A program made the position numbers and the translations under genes. This document shows positions 49,791 through 62,420 of a DNA stretch of 64,000 nucleotides, in pieces. The DNA is from Felis catus. Its lineage: Eukaryota. The notes beneath the pieces are model-generated. The model did not search any database and was not told the origin of the DNA. It was given only the letters and a program-made list of their open reading frames with translations. Numbering within the stretch: the first letter of the stretch is position 1; every line of letters starts with the position of its first letter. The DNA lies in the NCBI RefSeq assembly GCF_018350175.1, contig NC_058368.1:168394001-168458000 (forward strand). The letters are read 5' to 3'.

Positions 49791-50235
49791 ATATGTAAAT
49801 CTACATAAAGATTTCCCAGATTCCCATAAAGAATTCCCAGATTAATTTTAACCAGATAAGGGTTGCACTTTGAACTTCACATACGTAAGATGTGAGGCTA
49901 TTGGCTAAGCAGTGTACTAGACCACACAGTCCTTTACCAGTCTGTGAAATCTACACTATTCATCACTAGATCCTTAGAACCCAACAAATGCTTGTTCTGT
50001 AGCAAATGCCCAATAAATATTGGTTGATTGAAGATACAAAGTTTGGTTGAATGAAGTTTTTCTTTTTCCTTTCTCCTTTTGTTTAGTGGAAGAAAGGGAA
50101 ATTAGAAATTAGTAGAGTGTTAGAAAAAGGGCCAGTCCCAATAATTTTTCATCATGCTGAAGTGCTCAGAGCTAGCAGTTGTGAGAAAAAAGTTTTTGAT
50201 AACCACTGGTTTGATTCTGGAACTATCTTCTAAGA

Positions 50236-50395
50236 TAGAAGTTCTTAGCTCTAGCTGCACACTGAAATCATCTGAGCCATTTAAAAAAAAATGCAGATGT
50301 CTAGATCCTATGAGAAAATAACTGAACCAACTCCTAGGCATCAGTGTGTTTTATAATTACTCCAGATGGTTGTAATGCATAGTGCAGTTTCTAGA
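50236..50395. mobile_element. MER5-like hAT-Charlie relic
   Basis: gctgcacactgaaatcatctg...aaaatgcagatgtc...ctccagatggttgtaatgc. Confidence 0.6.
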
Positions 50396-50759
50396 AGCAA
50401 TATAGCTTCCAAGGATAATTTAAGACAAGTTGGAAGACAATTATTAATACCACATGGAGAATTAGCCAGAGAAATATTAAACTATGGCATCATAACAATT
50501 TTAGGATTGATTATTGGGAAAGGTATCAAATTATCTTTTTCAGGCAGTAACTCATTTCCTTGTTTGTTTTTCTTCTCTCCCATGAGTTACTTCAAACAAT
50601 TGTCCTTACATGCAGTTCCACCCCATTTGGAATCCATTCCAGTAGGAGGCAGTAACAATATGGAGAGTCATCTGCCATCACTTGGTGATGCTTGTACTTC
50701 TGACCAAACTACAACTGTAGCACACTCCCTCTTCAACACAGCCTATGACTTAAAAAATA

Positions 50760-50940
50760 ATTATAGCTAATGTTTATTGAGTTTTTACTGTATGCCAGGG
50801 TGCTATTCTAAGTGCTTTATATATTTATGCTAATCTTCACCACAACCCTAAAAGTTAGGTGCCATTATCATGTCTGTTTTATGTATGAGAAATTTTAGAG
50901 AGGTAACTTCAATAAGTTGTAGAGCTGGGAGACCATTCTT
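50760..50940 (-). mobile_element. MIR SINE
   Basis: atagctaatgtttattgag...tgccagggtgctattctaagtgcttta...tgagaaattttagagagg. Confidence 0.75.
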
Positions 50941-51374
50941 GGTTGTCGGGCAAGCAAACACAACCTCTGTGTGTTCCCAGCTTACTCCTTCCTCTCCACT
51001 GACCCTAGTTGGCCAGGGTCCCCTCATCCTTTGCAGCTGATCCAACCCCTCAACTAACAATTTAATGTCTTTATTTTGTTGGAAGTAGCTGATAACACTA
51101 ATAAAATGAATATTTTTTAGATCCTCACAATGTGCTGTTAACTGTTGCTGCTGTGTAGGACTCATTCTTTCTGAATACTTGCTTCAGCACTACCAGCTCA
51201 CCCCAACCCTGCCCTCTGAAGATCTAGGGTGCATCCATCTGAGATGTCAGAGATAGGTGCTGTCAGTCAAGAGCTACAGCAGATTGCTCTGCTAAAGCTA
51301 CCTCAAAATGTTGACATCCAGAGTGATAATTCCATGGCGGAAAGCTAAGGTTCAAGTACATTGAGAAAAGAGTG

Positions 51375-51601
51375 GGGGCGCCTGGGTGGCTCAGTCGGTT
51401 GAACGTCCAACTTCAGCTCAGGTCACGATCTCGCGGTCCGTGAGTTCGAGCCCCGCGTCAGGCTCTGGGCTGATGGCTCAGAGCCTGGAGCCTGCTTCCA
51501 TTCTGTGTCTCCCCCTCTCTCTGCCCCTCCCCCGTTCATGCTCTGTCTCTCTCTGTCTCAAAAATAAATAAAACGTTAAAAAAAAATTAAAAAAAAAAAA
51601 A
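51375..51601 (+). mobile_element. Young SINEC_Fc
   Basis: CpG-rich; TSD agaaaagagtg at 51364-51374 and 51602-51612. Confidence 0.97.
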
Positions 51602-51769
51602 AGAAAAGAGTGGAAGGAAGGGCTTACAGAGCTGGGGATTCAAAACCAAGTCCATGAGGTCAAGAGTTAACATACACTGGTAGGAGCTCATAACTCACAT
51701 CTGGAAGTTTATTTTACAAACACCTTTCAAGATGTGTTAAAAGCTCAAGTTCAATGCTACATTCTCACA

Positions 51770-51914
51770 CTAGAATGATACTTCCACGAGGGCAGGGTTT
51801 TCTCTACTCTTGCTTATATCTCCACTATCTAGAGCTCTGCCTGCCATATAGTGGATGATCATAAATATTAATCATAAGCATTTGTGGAATGAAGGAATGA
51901 ATGAAGGAATGAAT
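51770..51914 (+). mobile_element. L2 3' end
   Basis: ctagaatg...ccacgagggcaggg...(gaat)n tail. Confidence 0.75.
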
Positions 51915-52324
51915 ATGTGCCTCATCATATTGTAATGTGCATGAAAAAAATTTTAAAGAACCACCCATCTGGTTTGTTTATCAGCTTCCTAACATCCTCT
52001 GGGCTCTCCAAGAGTTGGGCCATTGATTTTTAAAATTCCAGGGTCTAGGTCCCACTGGTTTTAAGAACTCATGAAGTTCGGTCTCTCTCACTTTCAAAAT
52101 AAAGTGTTATGGGAATCTGTCTTCTCTTTGTGGGCTTGCTGGTGTGATAGTCATTTTATTCCTTTAACACCCATTTACCTCAAAAAGGCTAAGGAAAAAA
52201 AATGTTTTCCTCTTTAAAAATTATAGTGTCTTTCCCCAAAAATACTCTATGGCATATTATATCTAAACAATGCTACCGCAAAAAGACTGAATGATAAAAT
52301 GGGGAAATGATGAGTTAAAATTTT

Positions 52325-52565
52325 CTCACCCTTCTCTGCGCCACCAACTCCCTCCTGACCACAGATAGTCTGTTTAGCTCTCAAGCCACATCTCTGCCTT
52401 TTACTACATTCTTTAATGTGGCCTCCTCTCTCCTTTTTTTAGTTGTAGAGTTGGTTCTGCCAATCTTTGGGTCATTTTTGGGGTTATTTATGGTGATGTG
52501 AGTGTTATCTAGTTATATGTGTGGTATGAGGTAAGTTTAGGGCCCTACTACTCCACCATCTTCCC
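52325..52565 (-). mobile_element. Isolated extreme 5' end of an older L1
   Basis: Reverse complement begins gggaagatggtggagtag...acctcataccacacatataactagataac. Confidence 0.65.
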
Positions 52566-52699
52566 AGCCTTCTCCCAGAGAAATCTTTCAAAAAAAAAAT
52601 CTGATCATATTAGTTTCCCTACCTATCTCTTCAGTCTCACGTCACACCAAAATTATCCCTGGATATCATGCAAAGTTCCTTCATAAATTAGATGATAAA

Positions 52700-53105
52700 A
52701 TCAAGTTGGATAATTTGAGGAGAGGTTAATAAAGTTATAGGCAGTGTTAATGGCTCATGGGGCTAGTAGTAATGATACTGGGACCACCTGATGTCTGATG
52801 GGGCAGGTGGGGGAAGAGTCACCGTTATAAGGAGTTAGTAACTGTATAGAAATATGTGGCTTTGGTTAGAAGGAGACAGATAATCCATGACTACCTGTCA
52901 GGGAACGTGCTGGGGGAGCAAGTAATCTGACTCATTCTCTTTCTACCCTCTAGCCCCGTCCTGGTGCCTCTCATTGGTTAAACTCAACCGAAAGTCAAGG
53001 GTCCAAAAGAGATCATTGTGACCATGCATCAGCCTCCAGGGACCCTCCAGAACAGGGCAGAGAAGGCTAGATAATGACAAAGGGACAAATGGAAGATAGC
53101 TAGGA
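52700..53105. mobile_element. Ancient ERVL-type LTR relic
   Basis: cctctcattggttaaactcaaccgaaagtcaaggg...gggacaaatggaagata resembles old ERVL LTRs; family uncertain. Confidence 0.4.
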
Positions 53106-53673
53106 TATTTACTAACTCAGGAAGAATTTTTAAATACAGAAAGAGTATCAAAGCAAAATAAAAACCACCTTATACAACCAATAAAAAGCAATCATAATCA
53201 TAACTTCAGATAGAATAATAGTCTACTTGATATGCAGTTCCAGAACAAGACTTCCCAGGTATTGCAGAGTTCTTTTTTCCATTAGCATTGACTAAGAGTT
53301 ACACTTGCTTATGTTGTCGTCACTAACCACCCCCCCCTTTCCAGACATTGGACCCCTCCTTCTATCTGTGTTAGTCGACCCAGTTCACGAATGTTCCCTC
53401 TCACTAAGCCTGGCCTAACCACTTTGGAGATTTTTCTCTTCTTTTGCTTTTTAACTACTTATTGCCTCTGAAATATTTCCCTTTGTTTTTATACTAATGA
53501 AGGAAAAATTGGTTATTTTTTTTTAACCTATTAGGCATGTGTGGTTATTCTCTATTTAAAAAAATTAAAAATATGTTTATGTAAACAAAAATGATCATAT
53601 AAGATATTCACATTGAAACAAAGTGAGTTATTTAGATGAAATTGATACATGTCTTTAAAAAATCTAGTTAAGT

Positions 53674-53838
53674 GGGGAACCTGGGTGGCTAAGTCAGTTA
53701 AGTGTCCAATTTGATCTCATAGTTCATGGGATTGAGCCCCACTTTGGGCTCCACACTGACAGTACAGAATCTGCTTGGGATTATGTCTCTCCCTCCCTCT
53801 CTCTACCCCTCCCCTGCTCACTCATGTGCATGCACACT

Positions 53839-53893
<55 letters not shown>

Positions 53894-53914
53894 TCAAAAT
53901 AAATAAACAAACTT
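53674..53914 (+). mobile_element. Older CAN-SINE with (CT)n
   Basis: aaaaaatctag on both flanks. Confidence 0.9.
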
Positions 53915-54851
53915 AAAAAATCTAGCACGTGTTTTGTAAATATTTGTCAGCTATTTAAATTGTGACAGTCTTATGGGAAATGACTGTATGCTTGTGCTGC
54001 CTACAATATATTTAGAATATTGAGGAATTACTTTCATAACTTTTACTTCCAGAAATTTGGCAGATTAGATGTTCTGAAAAACTCTCCTGCTATAAGCACC
54101 TTGAAATGCTGCATAAGGTCAAATATACATCTTTAAACTGTATACATGAGCTCACAATAAAACAGTAGAAATCTACAAGTGTCAAAAATGGAGAGAGAGA
54201 AGCCCCTGGGTAGTGATGTCCACAGGCCGCCCTGGGGCATCTCAAGTCTTGAAAAATCAAGAGAGGAGAGGCTGTGTGGGGATCTAAGACTAGGCATAGG
54301 ACCCTTTCCACGTGGGGAGCTGGAACTCACATACCTACATGAAGTCCAGACCCTCAAAAAGTCAGTATTTCTCTTTTTCTTTCTAGAAGAGGATGATAGA
54401 TAAAGTTTTTAAAAATAAAAACTTGTATTAGATATTTGGGGGAGGGAGATATAAATATAAAGACCAAATTCTGCCTATGGGAGGAGGATAAGAGGGAGAG
54501 TGAAGGAAGTGAATGCACTGAAAAAAGGACACTTCTAGTATATGCGCAGTGTTTTTTACCTCTTGGGGTATGGCCACCTCAGTTTGTTATATTTTTGTTT
54601 TGTGAATTATTTTAGAATGAAAGACCATAAAGAAAAAAACAAGGTCACAAAGTAGCATATATGGTATGTCTGTCTGTATCTGTGCTATGTAAATGTGCAG
54701 AACTTCTAGAAGGATGAACTCTTAAACATAGACTTACACAAATTGCAGAAGGATTCATATAGTTAGGTAACACAATTTAAGACATGGAACAATACTATCT
54801 ATTAGCACTTAAAGATACTTATCTACATAATACCATTATTATAAAGAGATT

Positions 54852-55110
54852 ATATATATGAGAGATTATATATATGTAATATATATGTATATATTACATA
54901 TATATGTATATATATACACATATGTATATATTACATATATATGTAATATATACACACATATGTATATATATTACATATATATGTAATATATATACACACA
55001 TATGTATATATATTACATATATATGTATATATACACACATATGTATATATATTACATATATATGTATATATACACACACACATATGTATATATATTACAT
55101 ATGTGTGTGT
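54852..55110. repeat. AT-rich minisatellite, ~40-bp unit
   Basis: About 5-6 copies of ttacatatatatgta(a)tatatacacacatatgtatatata. Confidence 0.85.
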
Positions 55111-55136
55111 GCCTATGTATAAAATATGTAAAAAGA

Positions 55137-55271
55137 GGGGTGCCTGGGTGGCTCAGTCAGTTAAGCGTATGACTTTGGCTCACGTCATGATCTTGTGGTT
55201 CATAAGTTCGAGCCCTACATCAGGCTCTGTGCTGATGGCTCAGAGCCTGGAGCCTGCTTTAGATTCTGTGT
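55137..55271 (+). mobile_element. 3'-truncated CAN-SINE
   Basis: Intact head; stops at gattctgtgt with no CT tract or A-tail. Confidence 0.88.
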
Positions 55272-55593
55272 ACATACATACATGTATAAAGAGATTGATG
55301 AACACCAAGTTAAGTATAGTGGTAATATTGCAGGGCAGGGTGGAGAAGGCACCTACAAAGGGCCACCCTAGGTGAATTGGAACAATTTTGATAATATAAT
55401 TGTCTCTAAAGCTGGGTGGGAGTAGTACATGAATTTCAGTTATGTTATTCTTCATTCCTCTTTTTTCTCTCTTAAATCTTATAAAATATACTGTAAAGCT
55501 TTTATAATGAAATATTTTGGTGTCATAATCTTCTGAATAGCACTTGGGCATGCTTGAGGTCCTAAAGAAATGCTGGTGATCTGATACTTTTAT

Positions 55594-55793
55594 TTATTTT
55601 TTTATTATTAAAAATTTTTTAAGTTTATTTATTTATTTTGAGAAAGAGAGAGAAGCGGAGAGAGACAATTCGAAGCAGGCTCCACACTGTCAGCACAGAG
55701 CCCCATGTGGAGCTTGAACTCATGAACCATGAAATCATGACCTGAACCAAAACAGAGTTGGATGCTTAACCAACTGAACTACCCAGGTGCCCC
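55594..55793 (-). mobile_element. CAN-SINE
   Basis: TSD atctgatacttttat at 55579-55593 and 55795-55809. Confidence 0.94.
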
Positions 55794-56519
55794 AATCTGA
55801 TACTTTTATGGAGTGACCACCTCAGCTCAGAATTGCCTCTTTGATTTTTTTTCTAATTCAGTGATTTATTTTATTAAGAGTATTTATTGAACTCCTACAA
55901 TGTCTCAGTCCCTGTTTTACATGCTGGAGATACATCAGTGATTAAAACAGACAGAAACTGTAATCTAGTGCATATCAGATTCAGACAATCTTAAGAAAGT
56001 CTGGAATCTGCAAGAAAAATTGTTGGATATACTCTCTTATCTGCTGTTAATGGGGTTAGTAGATAGTTGGTAGAGAGTGCTGGAAGGTTTTTAGATTCAT
56101 TTCTGAGAGTGCTGTATATCCTCAATCTAGAAATTGCAATCAAATCCTGTGTCAGAATATGCTAAAGTGCACCTATATATCACATCCTATTTGGGTAGAC
56201 TAATCAGATAGGCCTGGAAGAAAATTGAGTTAGAATTGAATTGAATATTATGACAGTTTTTTTTCATTTATCAGTTGTCCTGATAAGATAGTCTTGATAT
56301 TGCTGTGGTTTAGATTTGCATCCTAGAAAACACACAGGAATCTTCTTCTGAACCTGAGAAGTCATCACACATCACACTCCCTCCCAAATATTGATTATGA
56401 TTAATTTGTTCCATATTACTGACTGATAACAAGTATCTTTTTCAAAGGAGTAGAGGATCATGCCTTCTTTGAAGGATAAAACTCAGTCTACTTGCTTGTC
56501 CTGTCACCCATCCTCTCAC

Positions 56520-57292
56520 TTAACAAACCACCTAAAACATGATGCCTTACAATAGGCGTGTCTGGGTGGCTCAGTCAGTTGAGAGTCCTACTCTTGATTT
56601 CGTCTCAGGTCATGAACTCATGATATGTGAGATCAAGCCTGGCATTAGGCTCTGGGCTGACAGTGTGGAGCCTGCTTGGGATTTCTCTCTCTCCCTCTCT
56701 CTCTGCCCCTCCCCTGCTCACATATACTCTCTCTCTCTATCTCTTTCTCAAAATAAATAAATAAACCAAAAAAAAACCTATGATGCCTTGTAACAATAGT
56801 TATTTCATTAAGCTCAAAATCTGTAGTCTAGGAATTTGGACAGTGTTCAGGTAAGCAACTCTTCTGCCTCATGGAGCCCTGATTAGGGTCACTCAGTTGT
56901 ATTCAGCTAGTGGTTGTTTAGATTTGGAAAGTCCAAGAAGGATTAATTCATGTGTCTGTTGCCTTATTTGTATTGCCTGATGTCTGGGCTCAGCCAGGCC
57001 CCTCTCCCTTTTTTTGTAGTTTGAGGGCTGTCTACATGGTTTCTCCACAGGGTAATTAAACTTCTTACATGATGACTCAAGACCCTAAGAGAGTGTGTTC
57101 CTAGAGTCAGGAAGTATGAGCTACCAGTCTCATAAGGCCTGGACCCCATACTGGCACGGCACCACTTCCAACCCATCCTATCAGTCAAAGCAGTCACAGA
57201 ACACACCAGATTCAAGGGGAGTAGACATATATTCCTGAACATATACCAAGGAGGAAGGTCAGTGAATTTGTGCCAATCTTTAATCCATCATA
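56520..57292 (-). mobile_element. MLT1H/I-like MaLR LTR with a nested SINE
   Basis: taacaaaccacctaaaac...aggaatttggacag...cagtcaaagcagtcacag...cagattcaaggggag. Confidence 0.75.
56555..56775 (+). mobile_element. CAN-SINE
   Basis: atgatgcctt on both flanks. Confidence 0.9.
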
Positions 57293-57559
57293 CCATCCTT
57301 TATCCCTGTTAGCTAGTGAAACTACATTAGGGTCATTGGTATTCATTGTCAGAGCCCATACATAGGCATAGCTCACTGAGACAAGCAGAATCAGTCAAAG
57401 CACAATTGGTGAAAAGGTGACTGATATATCAAAGTGTCTCTTGGGGTGCCTATAAACCAGAGGAAAGCAAGATAATATAATATTGGGAAGCAGGCCAGCC
57501 AATTAGCTGGAACAATGACTCAGCAACTGGGAGTTAGGGGTTACAGCCAGAATGTCATT

Positions 57560-58144
57560 CCTTCATTTATTCAGTCCATTCCACTTAATAAATACTTACT
57601 GAGTGCGTAACCACCTGCCAGTTACTACTAGGTGCAAGGATGAGATACCTGTTCTTATGGATCCTATAGTCTGTTGGAGGTTAACAATAAATGGGTAAAT
57701 GATTCAGTAACCTACAAAACATTACAGATTTGGCAGGGAGTGAAAATCTATTCGTTGTCAGAAATAACTCTGTATAGCATCCATGTTTAATCTGATTATC
57801 CAAGTGGTACTGAAGAACCAAGATCAGGAGGAAGCACATTCTAGAAAGAGTAAGAAGAAAGCGCAAGGTAGGAGGAACTGGATGAAGGTCAGTGTGTTTG
57901 GAGCACTATGAATGATGAGAAAGTTGTAGGAAATGAATGGAGAAAGATGCAGAAGTCAAATAACTGAGGGCCTAAAACTGTGGTTAGAGGAATTTGGATT
58001 TTATTTGGAGTGTGAAAGGAAGCCAATAAAAGAGTTTGATTCAGGAGAGTGGCATAAGTGATTGATGTTGTAAAAACACCTCTGGTTACCATGTGGGGAA
58101 TGGACTGTGAGACCACAAAACTGGAGGAAGGAGACCATAGATTA

Positions 58145-58192
<48 letters not shown>

Positions 58193-58335
58193 GATAAGAA
58201 CTGAAGACCAGGTTTTAGTGGTGGAGATGGAAATAACAGGTGGGTTCAAGAGATATTCAGAAGGAAACCTCGGTAGGGCTAGGTGATAGATTGGAAGGGT
58301 ACGGAGGGAGAGGAAGGCATCAGAAGGAGTGCTAG
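57560..58335 (-). mobile_element. L2 LINE fragment containing (TG)n at 58150-58189
   Basis: ttcatttattc...aaatacttactgagtgc start; ggaatttggattttatt...ggaagcca. Confidence 0.7.
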
Positions 58336-59172
58336 GTAACTGGGATCCCCTGTCATCTCAGCTCCCTTCTCACCCAAGTTAGGAGAGAATATTTAGATCA
58401 TTATTTTCACTCATCTCAAGCTCGCTTTTGAGAGTGAGGCTTCTGTATCACCAGGTGGCTTCTGTAAATGCTACCAGCAGTGAGCCCAGAAATGTTCAGA
58501 GACACTAAATATATTTTCAAAGTGCCTTTCAATTCACTAAGGGAAAAAAAGAGGGGAAGTGCCTTCCTCACCTTTTCACTGTCAGCATATTAGGCTGAGC
58601 CAAGAAACATGAGCTTTCCCTCCATATGAGTGTCATAGTGCATCTTTGAAAAGTAGCTAACCTGATTATGGAAATGAAGTTGAGAGACTCAAGCTCTGTG
58701 GGAGACTATGACTTGTTCCCCCCGCCTGCCACAGAAATAGCTCTAGGATACCTCACTTCCCTGCTACGTGGTGCTATTCCTCTTGATTTATTTTCTCAGG
58801 TGAAGGAACATTGAGTGATCACGACTCCAGCTTTGTGCCATTGCGCCCAGCTTTCATCAATCACAGCTTCAGACACTGGACCAAACAAGATGCCAGAAAA
58901 AAACTGAGTGAGAATTATTTTTGGGGCATATCTTTACAATTCTTCAGGTTGTCATTTATCATATTCTAGTCTGAGTGGGGGTGAGTTTGGACTCACATAA
59001 AAAAATAAAACATAAAAAAATGTAGAGTGGAGTTATGGACAGGCATACCCTGAAGACACAGCAATGGAGGGATATAAATGTGCTCCACTAGCCAGATGTT
59101 GTGGTCTCTGACAAGGAAATGTTGTGGGTTCAAATTTCAGCCTCCTTAGCTTCACAGCTTAGCTCTTGTTCA

Positions 59173-59205
59173 TCTCCCTTGTTAAAAATTTCTCCCTTGT
59201 TAAAA
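59173..59205. repeat. Short tandem duplication, 15 bp x2
   Basis: tctcccttgttaaaa at 59173-59187 and 59191-59205. Confidence 0.85.
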
Positions 59206-61194
59206 GATTCATGTGAGCAACTTGTACAAATAAATCTAACTATCAGAGTCAAAGCACTTTGGTATTCAAAAATCTGTGGTTCAAAAAATCTTTGGTCCTT
59301 ACTTCTAACCAGTAAATTTTGCTTCAACTGAATTGTTTCTCTGGCTCTTCACATTCAGCAATATGCTCTGTTCAACTTAGAGCAAGATATTTTAGAATTA
59401 TTTCTAAATCAGTCTAAGATATGCACAAATAAATAGAAATTTGTGGTCAGTATCTTCTGTTCTACCTGTATACCATGCTAACAGTTCTAAAGACCATAAA
59501 TGTGCAGAGTAAATATTTGACACTCGGCCACTGCATGGAACACTCCAGTGGATGCCATTTGTACTGTCTTTGAGTCCTGGCCACTGGATAGTTAGCCAAG
59601 CGAGGCCCTTCACATGCCCCATGAAAGTTGTGGAATGAGGCAGCCTTGTTGTTCACCATCCATGAATCAACTTCATGAACCTATTAAATGCCCCCTTCCT
59701 GCCTGTGGCATGACCTGTGGTACCTAGGGGAAACCTCCAGGCATTCTTGGACTTACCCAGCTACAGATGTCACCTGATAGTGTGCTTATATAATTTATAA
59801 CTTGGCTTTTGCTTTGGTTTCTGAATGTATTCTGTCCTACTGTACGAGAACCCTAACCCAAGCCCCACCTAGTTATTTTCATTCTCTTTTCCAGGGGAGT
59901 GGAATCTGTTCCTTGTGGCCACCCCATGCTGTATTCCAACACTTGGCTAGGATCTTGGCCTAGCAAGCCTAATTTGCCTTAGTCTCCTCCAGAAATTCTT
60001 TCTGTAAACCTCATCTGCCAGATCCAATTCAGATCAAGGCCAGGTGTGCTCACCCCCTAAAACTCTGTACCTTGCCCTATTGTGAAATCATGCCCAACCT
60101 TGATTCTGACATTTTGGGCTTAGTCCCCACTTCTTGCAGGATCACCTTTAAGGATCTTGTGGGCAACACAAGAGATGACATTATCCCATCATAAATCCAT
60201 GTCATTGGACATGTAAGTGTGGGCTAAGTTATATATAACTTCAGTTAAGAGCCTCTTGACACAAAATTTTAAATTTAATTGCTGAAACATGTCAATAAAT
60301 ATCACATATTTTCTATTTTCATTCTATATGAAAAGCATAGAATATTTGGAAGGTCAGTTCACAAGCTTTGGATCCTCTTGCATAGGGTCAACTAGTGACA
60401 AACTTTCTCATCCTGAACTGTCATTCTCTCCTTTCCGTCCAAGCTCCCCTATCTTTTCACCCTAGGGAACCCTTAGAAATTTGGACCAAAGGAGGAAGTT
60501 AGATATAAGAGATGCAAGCCACAGGTTATCTTCAATTGTTGTTTTCCTTTGTGGTGAGGAGAATGAGATCTGCCCTTGTCTTCCTAAAGAGACCCATAAG
60601 GCTCTGGACATAATGAGTTCTATTCTGGGAAATAGACCAAAAAATGAAATTTGGATTATTTTAATGCTGCGCTTCAGTGATCCAAAGAAAACAATGAGTT
60701 GAATATTTGCAAATACTGTAATGTGACTTAGTTATACCATTGCAGTCTAGATACAGATTTAAGACACATGAAATCCCTCTGCTTCCTGGTGGCCCCCCAG
60801 GGGTGACATCACTTGTTATGAAGTTAAGAGGGAGTAGCTCAAAGAATGTAATGGAAAAATCCCAAATTCATATGTAATTGGTTATGAATTCCAGAAAGTT
60901 CACTGTGTTTACCCTGGAAGACTGCATCTTTTAGGAATCAGGAGTCTTTTGTTGAACATGAAACTGTTGAAGATCCTATTCCTCCTACTTACACACCCAG
61001 ATTTTGTTGATTTGAAACTCAGATGTAAGCATGGGGACCTTCAGCCGCTCCCTTTTTGGCGGGAATGGGAGGTAGGATATCTCAGGACAAGGGGCAAAAC
61101 CCCACTGCTTGTCTTGAACAACCTCTCCCCATTTTCAGAATGGGAGGGTTTGGGTAAATGGCCAAAGACTGTTTCCCTGGTTGTGTGCAGTAGG

Positions 61195-61445
61195 CACAAC
61201 ACAGTGAAAAGAGCAGTGCTTTGGTGTTGGGCTGCTGACCTGGGTTTCAACCCTATTACTGACTGTGTAATCCTAGGAAAGTGCCTTGATCTCTCTGAGT
61301 CTGTTTCCTTATATGCAAAATTGGGGATAAAAATACTTACCTTGCAAGAATTGTTGTGAGAATTGAAGATAACTATTTTTCATGTTTCCCAAAGAGTAGA
61401 AATTCATAGCCAATAATAGCGGTTATAAGTATTTGTGATTATTAT
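61195..61445 (+). mobile_element. MIR SINE
   Basis: gacctgggtttcaaccc...ctctctgagtctgtttccttatatgcaaaattggggataa. Confidence 0.8.
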
Positions 61446-61739
61446 TACTACTATTATTATCTTATCATCTCCCTCTCCTAATACTTCCTTCTGAGAATTT
61501 CTTACAAATTCCCCAGTGATGACCAAGCTCTGAGAAACATTCTATTTCTTCTTTTGTCTTCGGGTGGACTATCTCCCAAACTTACCCCAAACTGCTGAGA
61601 TTTCCTCAGCCTGACTCACACCCCACAAGGGTCTTCCTACTCAGAACCTGAATATTGCTTCACTCACCTTTGCAGAGCCTCCTGTCTCATGCTCAGAGAG
61701 CCCCAGAGACAGTCTGTGCCTCCGCTGTGGTGGTTAAAA

Positions 61740-61779
61740 TCAAGCCACCAGCATGAAGGCTCAAGCCACCAGCATGAAG
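61740..61779. repeat. Short tandem duplication, 19 bp x2 (period 21)
   Basis: tcaagccaccagcatgaag at 61740-61758 and 61761-61779. Confidence 0.9.
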
Positions 61780-62420
61780 TCTTCAAAGAAGACTCAGTTA
61801 TTGTTTGTGCCTTGAATAAAGGAATTGGCTTAATCATTACACTTTGCTATCAGAAATGGCCAAACACAATTTCTAAATTTCAATAATTTTTATGCCATAA
61901 TCATAACTCTACCTATGACCATAGATTTTAAATTTATATATGACGTAAGTGTAACTTAAGTGTAACTTTTATAAGTGCAACTTTTTTATATCTCCATGAT
62001 TTAATTAAACTAACTCGGGACTCTATCCTATCCCCACTCACTGTAGAGGGAAAGATGATCTTGATTTTGCAGATTGGACATAATTTAGTCACATTCAGTT
62101 GAAAATTTAGCCTCTCAGTGAATTATATTCAATTCAGGATTTAGAGGCACACAATTCAAAGTTTGTGACCTTTCCTTCCATTTGCCACTCTGTACTGTTA
62201 TGTCGGGGTAGCATGCCTGGTCTACGGGCCAGCCTCAGCTCTTCAGCAGCTGCCATTGGCTTTTTAGGGATCTACCTCTGAAGCACTCTATCTGTTGCTG
62301 ATGTATGTGGTTGGGGATCTTGGACAGAAATAAGATTCTGATGTTTATTGTCCCTGCCAGAGCCTCTGGTGAGGGGATCCATGTCTTCTGCATCCTTCTC
62401 ACCCTAATTGGGACTTCTTT

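Noticed and set aside
50366..50770. 134-aa ORF
   Set aside because: Starts in a MER5-like relic and ends in a MIR; no recognisable domain or splice structure.
54894..55122. Repetitive YIHI/ICIY peptides
   Set aside because: Translation of an AT-rich minisatellite.
59073..59079. TATA-like TATAAAT upstream of a short ORF
   Set aside because: Common by chance in AT-rich DNA; no CpG island or credible downstream gene.
60788..60810. CTCF-like ggccccccaggggtgac
   Set aside because: Mismatches at several core positions.
60949..61359. 136-aa ORF with a signal-peptide-like start
   Set aside because: Its 3' half is a MIR element and no known protein is recognisable.
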